This document shows, one piece after another, positions 1 to 9,899 of a stretch of DNA of 12,801 bases. This DNA comes from Paraspadella gotoi (taxonomy: Eukaryota; Animalia; Chaetognatha). Within the stretch, counting starts at the first letter, position 1. Each line of letters starts with the position of its first letter. The DNA lies in NCBI GenBank assembly GCA_051294375.1, contig JBJCIZ010000666.1, forward strand, positions 1 to 12,801, in the 5' to 3' direction. The position numbers and the translations under genes were made by a program. Below the pieces are notes generated by a model, which saw only the letters and a program-made list of their open reading frames with translations, searched no databases and was not told the DNA's origin.

Positions 1-734
1 CCAAAAAAATTTACAGTAAATGCTGCCAACTTTAAAAAAAAAATAAAAAAATTGGTAAAAAATCTTTTAAAGCTTTATAGCTAGAGGGACGAAACCCAAA
101 CTATCTTGTAGAGCGAAAAAAATTGACTATGTTACATACCTCGCTTATAAATTAAGTTAGTTTTTTACTAAGTATTTTTTTTAAAAAACCTATGGTTTTG
201 GGCAATTTTTGATAAAATTTTTTAAAAATGATAATTTTAAAAATGTTCGTGAAATATNNNNNNNNNNNNNNNNNNNNNNNNNNNNNNNNNNNNNNNNNNN
301 NNNNNNNNNNNNNNNNNNNNNNNNNNNNNNNNNNNNNNNNNNNNNNNNNNNNNNNNNNNNNNNNNNNNNNNNNNNNNNNNNNNNNNNNNNNNNNNNNNNN
401 NNNNNNNNNNNNNNNNNNNNNNNNNNNNNNNNNNNNNNNNNNNNNNNTGAAAGAATTAAAAAACAAGGATTATCGGTTAAAAAGTTATAATTTTTTTTAA
501 TTACAAAAAATACTTTCTTTAATAATTGTTTTTATTTAATAGGTTTTAACTAGTCTAAAAGAAAAAGGGAATGCACTTTTCTCAGAGTAAATAAAAAAAA
601 TAGTACATTCTGAATTGATAATGGGTAACTTTAATATCTTGTCTCACCAGGTCATAAGTTTTTTAAAATTTTTATCATTTTATAATAGAATTAGGACTTT
701 TAAATAAGGTAGTTTTTTAATTTTTTTTCTATTT
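1..734 (+). mobile_element. Copy of the long-inverted-repeat element arm (direct repeat of 11226-11830), running off the left edge of the window
   Basis: Near-identical to 11226-11830, e.g. gctttatagctagagggacgaaac, gttacatacctcgcttataaatt and gggtaactttaatatcttgtctcaccaggtcataag. Differences are mostly 1-bp indels. Similarity stops abruptly at ttttctattt (734). Contains a 190-N gap. Confidence 0.75.
258..447. other. Assembly gap (190 N)
   Basis: Run of N. The equivalent interval in the other copy (11492-11543) is only 52 bp. Confidence 0.99.
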
Positions 735-925
735 TCGACGTTTTTAATCAATAATTAAACAGTGCATGTGATGACTCTACAAACTCACAAAACCATACTC
801 TTTTTATGTATAAATTTCTTGATAATGAATATTTGTTTGAACTTGTAATGAGCGAAAAAAGAGGAGCATTCAAGCTTTTCCTTTGATAAATTTTTTATAG
901 CGACAGGATTCAAATGGTCACGTGG

Positions 926-3900
926 CACAGACCATCAGTTTCACATCCGACACGAAAATTCCTACCACCTCCGTTACCCTTCCTACCGAGTACACAGACC
1001 ATCAGTTCACATCCGACACGGAAAAAATTCCTACCACCTCCGTTACCTTCCTACCGAGTACACAGACCATCAGTTTCACATCCGACACGGAAAAATTCCT
1101 ACCACCTCCGTTACCCTTCCTACCGAGTACACAGACCATCAGTTTCACATCCGACCACGGAAAAATTCCTACACCTCCGTTACCCTTCCTACCGAGTTAC
1201 ACAGACATCAGTTTCACATCGACAGCGGAAAAATTCCTACCACCTCCGTTACCTTCCTACCGAGTACACAGACCATCAGTTTCAACATCGACCAGGAAAA
1301 ATTCCTACCACCTCCGTTAACCCTTCCTACGAGTACACAGACCATCAGTTTCACATCCGACCACGGAAAAATTCCTACCACTCCGTTACCCCTTCCTACC
1401 GAGTACACAGACCATCAGTTTCACATCCGACCACGGAAAAATTCCTACCACCTCGTTACCCTTCCTACCGAGTACACAGATCCATCATTTCACATCCGAC
1501 ACGGAAAAATTCCTACCACCTCCGTTACCCTTCCTACCGAGTACACAGACCATCAGTTTCACATCCGACCACGGAAATTCCTACCACCTCCGTTACCCTC
1601 CTACCGAAGTACACAGACCATCAGTTTCACATCCGACCACGGAAAAATCCTACCACCTCCGTTACCCTTCCTACCGAGTACACAGACCATCAGTTCAATC
1701 CGACCACGGAAAATTCCTACCACCTCCGTTACCCTTCTACGAGTTACACAGAACATCAGTTTCACATCCGACCACGGAAAAATTCTACCACCTCCGTTAC
1801 CCTTCCTACCGAGTACACAGACCATCAGTTTCACATCCGACCACGGAAAAATTCCTACCACTCGTTACCCTTACCTACCGAGTACACAGACCATCAGTTT
1901 CACATCCGACCACGAAAATTCCCTACCACCTCCGTTACCCTTCCTACCGAGTACACGACCATCGTTTCACATCCGACCACGGAAAAATTCCTACCCCTCC
2001 GTTACCCTTCCTACCGAGTACACGAACCATCAGTTTCACATCCGACCACGGAAAAATTCCTACCACTCCGTTACCCTTCCTAACCGAGTACACAGACCAT
2101 CAGTTTCACATCCGACCACGAAAAATTCCTACCACTCGTTACCCTTCCTACCGAGTACACAGACCATCAGTTTTCACATCCGACCACGAAAAATTCCTAC
2201 CACCTCCGTTACCCTTCCTACCGAGAGTACACAGACCATCAGTTTCACTCCGACACGGAAAAATTCCTACCACCTCCGTTACCCTTCTACCGAGTACACA
2301 GACCATCAGTTTCACATCCGACACGGAAAAATTCCTACCACCTCCGTTACCCTTCCCTACCGAGTACACAGACATCAGTTTCACATCCGACCACGGAAAA
2401 ATTCCTACACCTCCGTTACCCTCCTACCGAGTACACAGACCATCAGTTTCACATCCGACCACGGAAAAATTCCTCCACCTCCGTTACCCTTCCTACCGGA
2501 GTACACAGACCATCAGTTTCACATCGCGACCACGGAAAAATTGCCTACCACCTCCGTTACCCTTCTACCAGTACACAGACCATCAGTTTCACATCCGACC
2601 ACGGAAAAATTCCTACCACCTCCGTTACCCTTCTACCGAGTACACAGACCATCAGTTTCACATCCGACCACGGAAAAATTCCTACCACCTCCGTTACCCT
2701 TCCTACCCGAGTACACAGAACATCAGTTCACATTCCGACCACGGAAAATTCTACCACCTCCGTACCCTTCCTACCGAGTAACAGACCATCAGTTTCACAT
2801 CCGACACGGAAAAATCCTACCACCTCCGTTACCCTTCCTACCGAGTACAACAGACCATCAGTTTCACATCCGACCACGGAAAATTCTACCACCTCGTTAC
2901 CCTTCCTACCGAGTACACAGACCATCAGTTTCACATCCGACCACTGGAAAAATTCCTACACCTCCGTTACCCTTCCTACCGAGTACACAGACCATCAGTT
3001 TCACATCCGCCAGGAAAAATCCTACCACCTCCGTTACCCTTTACCGAGACACAGACCATCAGTTTCACTATCGACCAGGAAAAATTCTACCACTCCGTTA
3101 CCCTTCCTACCGAGTACACAGACCATCAGTTTCACATCCGACCACGAAAAAAATTCCTACACCTCCGTTACCCTTCCTACCGAGTACACAGACCATCAGT
3201 TTCACATTCGACCACGGAAAAATTCTACCACCTCCGTTACCCTTCCCTACCGAGTACACAGACCATCAGTTCACATCCGACCACGGAAAAAATTCCACCA
3301 CCTTACCGTTAACCCCTGCCTACCCGGTACACAGACCATCAGTTCACATCCGACCACGGAAAAATTCCTACACCTTCCAGTTACCTTCCTACCGAGTACA
3401 CAGACCATCAGTTTCACATCCGACCACGGAAAAATCCTACCACCTCGCGTTACCCTTCCTACCGAGTACACAGACCATCAGTTTTCACATCCGACCACGG
3501 AAAAATTCCTACCACCTCCCGTTACCCTTCCTACCGAGTACACAGACATCAGTTTCACATCCGACCACGAAAAATTCCCTACCACCTCCGTTACCCTTCC
3601 TACCGATACACAGACATCAGTTTCACATCCGACACGGAAAAATCCTACCACCTCGTTACCCTTCCTACCGAGTACACAGACCATCAGTTTCACATCCGAC
3701 CACGGAAAAATTCCTACCACCTCGTTACCCTTCCTACCGAGTACACAGACCATCAGTTTCACATCGACCCACGAAAAAATTCTACCACCTCCGTTACCCT
3801 TCCTACCGGAGTACACAGACCATCAGTTTTCACATCCGACCACGGGAAAAATTCCTTACCACCTCCCGTTACCCTTCCTACCGAGTACACAGACCATCAG

Positions 3901-4703
3901 TTTCACATCCGACCACGGAAAAATCCTAAACCTCCGTTACCCTTCCTACCGAGTACACAGACATCAGTTTCACATCCGACCACGGAAAAATTCCTACCAC
4001 CTCCGTTACCCTTCTACCCGAGTACACAGACCATCAGTTTCACATCCGGACCACGGAAAAATTCCTACCCACTCCGTTACCCTTCCTACGAGTACACAGA
4101 CCATCAGTTACATCCGACACCCGGAAATTCTACCACCTCCGTTACCCTTCCTACCGAGTACACAGACCATCAGTTTCACATCCGACCACGGAAAAATTCC
4201 TACCACCTCCGTTTACCCTTCCTACGAGTACACAGACCATCAGTTTCACATCCGACCACGGAAAATTCCTACCACCTCCGTTACCCTTTCCTACCGAGTA
4301 CACAGACCATCAGTTTCACATCCGACCACGGAAAGATTCCTACACCTCCGTTACCCTTCCTACCGAGTACAACAGACCATCAGTTTCACATCCGACCACG
4401 GAAAATTCTACCACCTCCGTTACCCTTCCTACCGAGTACACAGACCATCAGTTTCACATCCGACCACGGAAAAATTCTACCACCTCCGTTACCCTTCCTA
4501 CGGTACACAGACCATCAGATTCACATCGACCACGGAAAATTCTACCACCTCCGTTACCTCCTACCGAGTACACAGACCATCAGTTTCACATCCGACCACG
4601 GAAAAATTCTACCACCTCCGTTACCCTTCCTACCGAGTACACAGACCATCAGTTTCACATCCGACCACGGAAAATTCCTACCACCTCCGTTACCCTTCCT
4701 ACC
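926..4703 (+). repeat. Tandem array (minisatellite/satellite), about 55 copies of a 70-bp unit
   Basis: Consensus CACAGACCATCAGTTTCACATCCGACCACGGAAAAATTCCTACCACCTCCGTTACCCTTCCTACCGAGTA (27 C, 8 G, 20 A, 15 T). I counted 54 GAGTA-type junctions by hand. Variation is almost all scattered 1-bp indels, and there are no unique spacers. Confidence 0.98.
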
Positions 4704-5181
4704 TAATGCTCTTGGATCTAGCCGCCATCCCACCCACCACCTGTTTCATTACTTTGATTAAATAAAATTATTGTAACAGCTGAGAGTTAATTTTTATTTG
4801 AGTCTTTGACTTTTAATTCTTTATTTTAAAGAAAAAATGTCAAATATTTTTCTCTGATCACAATCCTCATTAATCTGTACATATTTTTAGCCAATAAAAA
4901 AATGTTTCTATGTGAAAATGCTTTTGTATAAAAAAAAGTCTTAGTTATTATCTGTTACTACAATATGTAAATAGGATTAATATTAGTTTTGAGATGCTCG
5001 TTTTCAATTTCAAAATGGCTTATTCTGACTTTTTTGAAGCGACGACCGAGAATCAAATCTATTTTTAAATGTTTATTTATATTGAATATTTGCAACGATG
5101 ATTAAAACTAATTCCATGTTGTTGAAAACAAACACCACATGACAAACAATTCTAACAAGAACGAATTACGACAAAAAGTAG

Positions 5182-5240
5182 ATAAATAATAATTAAATAA
5201 ATAATAAATAAATAAATAAATAATAATTTATTTATAAATA
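5182..5240. repeat. Imperfect (ATAA/AAT)n microsatellite
   Basis: ataaataataattaaataaataataaataaataaataaataataatt. Confidence 0.8.
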
Positions 5241-5259
5241 TCGATGTCTCACATCAATT

Positions 5260-5460
5260 TCTTTTTCCCTTACCTTCCTCTCTCTCTCTGTCCTAACTTA
5301 AACTTTCCTTCACATCTGACACTATCCTATCTCAATTCTTTGTTGGCAAACTTTTCTTTTTCTCTCTCTCTCATCTTTCCGTCTCTTTCCGTCTCTTTCC
5401 GTCTCTCTCGTGTCTCTCCGTCTCTTCTGTGTGTGTCTGTCTCTCTCTGTACGATCTCTG
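5260..5460. repeat. CT-rich low-complexity tract with (CT)n, (TCCGTCTCTT)x~3 and a short non-simple core
   Basis: Pyrimidine-rich + strand. The core at 5321-5354 resembles 6807-6837. Confidence 0.8.
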
Positions 5461-5684
5461 CGTGATCGTTCGTTTTTGAAAAATTATGATTATTTTTAGT
5501 CGGATCTGCGTTCAGCAGATCCCGACTCTATACATTCACTTTGTCGCTCCGTCTGTTCCCGCCCACTCAATATTGTCAGGCCTCACTTATATCATGTCAG
5601 AACATCGAATTATGAAAAATTATGCCAAAAAAAAAAAAAAACGATGTCCGTCCGTCCGTCCGTCCGTCCGGCCACCTCAGCAAA

Positions 5685-5992
5685 AACACCAATTATCGTG
5701 ATTGGATGGATGATTGGAAATGAATGTTTTGTGTGTGGGGTAGGGAAGTGTGTGATTGAGCCAGTATATGAAGTTTCGATGGAATCATCCCAGTGAAATG
5801 AGTTTAAATGGAAAAAACAAAAAAATATATTTCACTATTTTGAACACCAATTCTCATGAGTGGATGGGGCGATTGACTTGAAATTTGTATTTGGGTGGAA
5901 AGGTGTGTGATTAAACTGGAAATAAAGTTCGATGGAATCCTTTGAGTGGAAATGAGTTTAAATGGAAAAAAACAAAAAACCTGTTTTCACTA
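5685..5992 (+). repeat. Two diverged ~158-bp tandem units inside the HINE-like element
   Basis: Units start at 5685 (aacaccaattatcgtgattggatgg) and 5843 (aacaccaattctcatgagtggatgg). Both contain ttcgatggaatc, gaaatgagtttaaatggaaaaaa and tttcacta. Confidence 0.85.
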
Positions 5993-6044
5993 ATTGATTA
6001 TGCTTCTTTTTCCTTTTATATTAAATGTCAATGCAGGGTGTATT

Positions 6045-6130
6045 AATAAATCAAATAATAAATCAATTAATTAATCAATTAGTCAATTAATTAATCAATA
6101 TTAATTAATCAGTCAATCAATGCAATCAAT
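6045..6130. repeat. Imperfect (AATC/AATT)n microsatellite
   Basis: aatcaattaattaatcaattagtcaattaattaatcaatattaattaatcagtcaatcaat. Confidence 0.75.
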
Positions 6131-6305
6131 TGTTATCGACATTATTCCTCATCGTCATCATTGCTTTTATAGTGACGAAAAGACCTAAAAACAAACATTT
6201 GAGATCAAATTAATTAATTAATTGCCTAATTAATTATTACTTGATATTTAATTATTAATGAATTAATTACAGATAGCCGACATTTTTTGCTCAAACTTGT
6301 TTTTC

Positions 6306-6453
6306 CTACATTCCGATCAGTCGATTTTCGGCACTATTCGCTATGTCCCCGGTTACCGTTTTTTTCATTGTTATTGCCATTATTCCAACAGCAAAAGTTA
6401 TCATAAAAAATTCCATCATGTTTATCATCCCTACAATTTTTACCGTCTTTTAC
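6306..6453 (-). pseudogene. Possible further receptor exon (hydrophobic segment), frame-disrupted at its start
   Basis: Follows a ttttaaatag acceptor. One frame reads KTVKIVGMINMMEFFMITFAVGIMAITMKKTVTGDIANSA, loosely like odorant-receptor TM6. It needs an indel to join the acceptor. Confidence 0.25.
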
Positions 6454-6720
6454 CTATTTAAAATTAACACGAAGTTGTTAATTTATATCGTCAATTATTT
6501 TGAAAATCAGTAGTTTTTACGATATAATGCAATTTTAGATAAAACTCATGTCCCAAAACATATTTTTACCATACTAGCAGCTAACCAGATGATAAGTCAT
6601 GTAACGTCTTTTAAATTGTGATCATCACATATTACAACAGATAATAACATAAAACCAAAAATTTATAATATAGTGATCTTGCCAGAAGAGGGAAGGAAAT
6701 TGCCAACAACAGTTTCATTT

Positions 6721-6878
6721 CCTTTCCCTCTCCTCTCTCTCTCTCTCTCTCTCCTCTTTCTTTCTCTGTCTCTCTCTCCCCATCTACCTGTCCTCACAAT
6801 TTCACCATTGTCCTGTCTCACGTCTTTGTTGCTACTTCCTTCCGCTCTATCTCTCTCTCTCTCTTCTCTCTCTCTCTC
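6721..6878. repeat. (CT)n-rich tract with a non-simple core
   Basis: Several (CT)n runs flank ctgtcctcacaatttcaccattgtcctgtctcacgtctttgttgctactt. Confidence 0.85.
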
Positions 6879-7055
6879 AATGTTATGAAGCTCGTACTGC
6901 AGAGGTAAAACATGTCCGTTAATAAAACTTTATTGTTATAAAAAGACTGTCTTTATCTCAAATCAGAATAATACTTCTGACTAATAACAAAAATTTCGTA
7001 GTTAATTTCTTATAAATTTCTTGTGAATTTGAGAGTTCACTGGAGAGCTTATATC

Positions 7056-7320
7056 TCACTTCAAACTCAAAACCGGAGGATACGGAGATACCCATATAAA
7101 ACAAGACCATATATCACTAATAAACATAGTCAGATGTTCCGTGTTGGGATAAACCGCAATAAACGGGAAACTGAAAGTTGATGGATTTTCCTTGCAATAT
7201 CATAGTTATTTTCTATATATCTCTTGAATTTTCTCTTTTGAAGATGCTCATCGGGAAAAATCATTTCTCTTATGTAAAACAGAATCGGAGAAAATGGAAT
7301 TTGATACAAGACTCTCAAAC
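7056..7320 (-). pseudogene. Putative odorant-receptor-like exon (end of TM4, intracellular loop, start of TM5) with at least one frameshift
   Basis: AG at 7322-7321, then LRVLYQIPFSPILFYIREMIFPDEHLQKRKFKRYIENNYDIARKIHQL. Adding one T in the short T-run near 7153 continues it as FSFPFIAVY. By eye this resembles the OR pattern Q..l..yi...de..Q.....I...l...FS. The 3' boundary is uncertain. Confidence 0.4.
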
Positions 7321-7842
7321 CTAATCCTAGTTGTTAAATATAATAAATATATCTGGTCTGATTAAACATCCCTAAACGACCCTCTCAAAGACAAAAAAGT
7401 CCAATGTTAAATTTAGAAACAAATTTTTAAGCAATTTTTTTATAAAATTGCTTGGTTTTAATTAATTTGATGTGAATCTGAACAATTCATAGCTTATTTT
7501 AAAGAGAATGATATATCTTTAAATCGATATATAATAAGACAAAATTTTCTATGTAGTGATAGATGGCATAGGGATAAACTGGTCGTTTCATCTCAAATAG
7601 GAAAAGATAGTTAATTACCAGAAAAGAAAGGATAATAATTTTTACATTTGTTTCGGTTTTGACCGCCTGAGACCAAGTAGGATGGGACATTTAATAATAT
7701 TTCTAATATGAGATGGCTACTTCGAGGATTTTTATAGGCTTGATTCAATCGTCACGTGGTATGAAACAAAAAAACAAACAAATTTTCGAGGCAACTTATT
7801 CATATGAGCCGTGTCTCATTTAATGCACGAAAAACAAAAAAT

Positions 7843-7907
7843 ACTGACCGATCGACTGAAAAAGTGACTGAGTTTCTACTACGAGTACTCGTCAGCGCAA
7901 TTAAAAA
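7843..7907 (-). mobile_element. 5' end of HINE-like family B element; may extend down to ~7725
   Basis: Reverse complement reads T-run, perfect 12-bp palindrome ACGAGTACTCGT (7881-7892), AGTCACTTTTTCAGTC and degenerate GTCN repeats. Homologous to 10350-10425. Confidence 0.55.
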
Positions 7908-8150
7908 TTTTAAAAGTAAAACTTACTTGAAAACTTTTATTGTGATAATATCACGCATTAATATATGCTTATTAGGCCAATCTTCAAAGTCCACACCACC
8001 GTTTTATTGACTATCCCAACGAATATGAAGTGTTGGAAAACTGAATATTTCCGGAAGTTGGAAGATAATCATTAAGTAACACCTAGATTATGTTCCGCTT
8101 CACAACTAAATATTTTTTTCCCCTGTAAGGAGGAAATTTTAAAATAAAGT

Positions 8151-8240
8151 AAGACCAACAGTCAGACAGACAGACCGTTGGACGAGACCGAATAAACAAC
8201 CTCAAAAAGTGACATATAGAATTGCTCTCAAATACTTGGC
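8151..8240 (-). mobile_element. Diverged family B HINE-like fragment
   Basis: agaccaacagtcagacagacagac and aaaagtgacatatagaattgctc match the reverse complement of 10376-10421 (agaccaacagactgactgac and aaaagtgacttatctacttgctc). Confidence 0.45.
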
Positions 8241-8809
8241 TCTTGCACTTTTTACCAAACAACCTCACTTGAGATTAAAAAAAAATGTAATTAAAATTAA
8301 AATAGCATATGATTAAAAAAAAGTTTTTGGTTTTCTCATACAGAATTTTTAATATCAGTAATTTTTTTAAATTTATCAAAAGTCAGTATTACTAAAATAC
8401 AAAGAAGTTATAAATTTATGATAATTGAGAATGGATACAACCAGACACTAGCTATTAAAAACATCATAACACATTAATAAAAAATTATATTACTTATGCT
8501 AAAAAAAATTCAAGTTAAAAATTAATTTTCATATATTCAATTTTATAAATTATTTATTATTTATTATGTTATTTTAATACATATTCATAATAAACTTACT
8601 ATATATATAAATGAAGGCCCAATATTAGGTAGGTTATAAGTCATCAATAAATTAAAATAATAAATAAAATAAAAAAATAAATTTTTCTTGCAATAATTTG
8701 GCATAGTTATAATTTGTTAATTTAAATTATTTGAAAAAAATTAAAATAATATTTTAATAAAGAAAAAATTAATTACAAATAAACTATTGTGAACAAAAGT
8801 GAAAAAAAA

Positions 8810-8849
8810 GCACTGATGAAGGCTTGAATGAAAGTACAAACTTGTATGC
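8810..8849 (+). ncRNA. Degenerate minimal type I hammerhead ribozyme motif, probably an inactive Penelope-like/retrozyme relic
   Basis: GCA-CTGATGA-A-GGCTT-gaatga-AAGTA-CAAA-C-TT-G-TA-TGC. It has a 3-bp stem I (GCA/TGC), an intact CUGAUGA, a partial stem II, a 1-bp stem III and a GUA cleavage triplet, but GAAA is changed to CAAA. AATAAA follows at 8858. Confidence 0.45.
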
Positions 8850-9899
8850 ACCTTCAAAATAAAAATCGTTGATGTAAAGATTTCGTCTTTAATTTCAAAT
8901 AAACTATTAAAGATAAAATACTGGTTATGGACTCAAACGAAGGAAATGTTTATAAATTATGGATGATGCATAATTCCTTAATTATTTTAAAATTTTCCAA
9001 CCATTTTTCTTATTTTTTTATTCTACTTTAATTTATTTTTATATAGCTAATTTTAATATTAATTTATAAAAAAAACTGTCATTAGGAAAACATTTTATTA
9101 CCATTTTTTTGTGTAGCCAAAGGTCCGGAAACGTATCACGGGATATATCATTTCTTGTGCACTCGGTGCCAATTAAATCGATGTAAAAAGGAACAGTGTA
9201 ATGTTAAAATTTCAAAAACGTTTTTTTTTTATTAATTCTGAGAACAGATTCAGATTTCTCATTAATAGTTGATAAAAATACATATAAATCTTTTTCAAAA
9301 ATTAGGCATAGTAAGTTAAAATTCCAAAAAAACATATTATTAAGCTGGAAATAGTAAATCAGCGATATAGTTTTCTACATTTTTACTAACTTAATGAAAT
9401 AATTTTTAAAAAAGAATTATACTTTCTTATATAAACTTTTTGCAGGAATCCAAATCCGATCTTAAAATTAAAAAAAATTGTATGTGAAATTTTAGCCTCT
9501 TATATACTTTTTACTATATATAAAAATAAGCTCACTGGTGCCCACTTATATATAAAATAAAAAATATATTTACAAAGTATTTTTATTGGTTTTTATTTTC
9601 TGTTTTATATGCTAAATTTTAATTTCTAAAAATTTTCATATCACTCTATTGTACATTGTAAGCTATATTTTTGTATAAATCATAAAATTTAGACATTCAA
9701 AAATTTTAAATATATTTAAATTATATTTTTATTGTATTAGTAATTAGTATTCCTTGAAATTTTTTTAATTTTTACAATTACACTTATAATTGTTTTAAAT
9801 ATGTCATAAACTGTCACTTGAATATGTATAATATTATGATGTTCAGGTTGTCAAAATGATATTTTCATTTAACAATAGTTTTTTCTACAGAAAACTAAC

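Larger units (their letters stand above)
5493..6304 (+). mobile_element. DINE-1/HINE-like non-autonomous Helentron-type element, family A, apparently near full length
   Basis: Parts in order: T-run; subterminal hairpin AGTCGGATCTGC-gttca-GCAGATCCCGACT (5498-5527); (GTCC)6 at 5646-5670; two ~158-bp central tandem repeats; degenerate 3' subterminal repeat CAGATAGCCGAC (6270-6281); terminal CTTGTTTTT. This order matches the known DINE-1/HINE architecture. Confidence 0.7.

Noticed and set aside
152-500. ORFs across the first gap, and 11362-11562
   Set aside because: The first three are open only because of Ns. The last is low-complexity repeat-arm sequence.
767-800. Second hammerhead at tgtgatgactc
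   Set aside because: Lacks the core C, GAAA and paired stems.
914-3929. ORFs 914-2083, 922-1320, 2541-3929 and the minus-strand ORFs as genes
   Set aside because: They are translations of the repeat, and their ends are set by random indels. Kept only as a hypothesis under findings.
926-4703. CRISPR array
   Set aside because: Contiguous near-identical 70-bp units with no variable spacers, no cas genes, and a eukaryotic context.
926-4703. Tandem hammerhead/retrozyme array (minus strand has GAAACTGATGG)
   Set aside because: The core is CTGATGG, not CTGANGA. GAAA abuts CTGA, leaving no room for stems I and III, and no stem II forms.
926-4703. Telomeric repeat
   Set aside because: GTAGG motifs resemble TTAGG, but there are no canonical runs and the array has ordinary sequence on both sides.
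5244-6888. ORFs 5244-5465, 5486-5701 and 6673-6888
   Set aside because: Translations of CT, GTCC and poly-A tracts (LSLSL, PSVRPSV, KKKKK).
7429-7453. Hairpin AAGCAATTTT-N5-AAAATTGCTT as a terminator
   Set aside because: AT-rich, plausible by chance at this composition, and there is no prokaryotic context.
7804-8268. ORFs 7804-8010 and 8083-8268
   Set aside because: Short, overlap family B repeat fragments, and have no recognisable domain.
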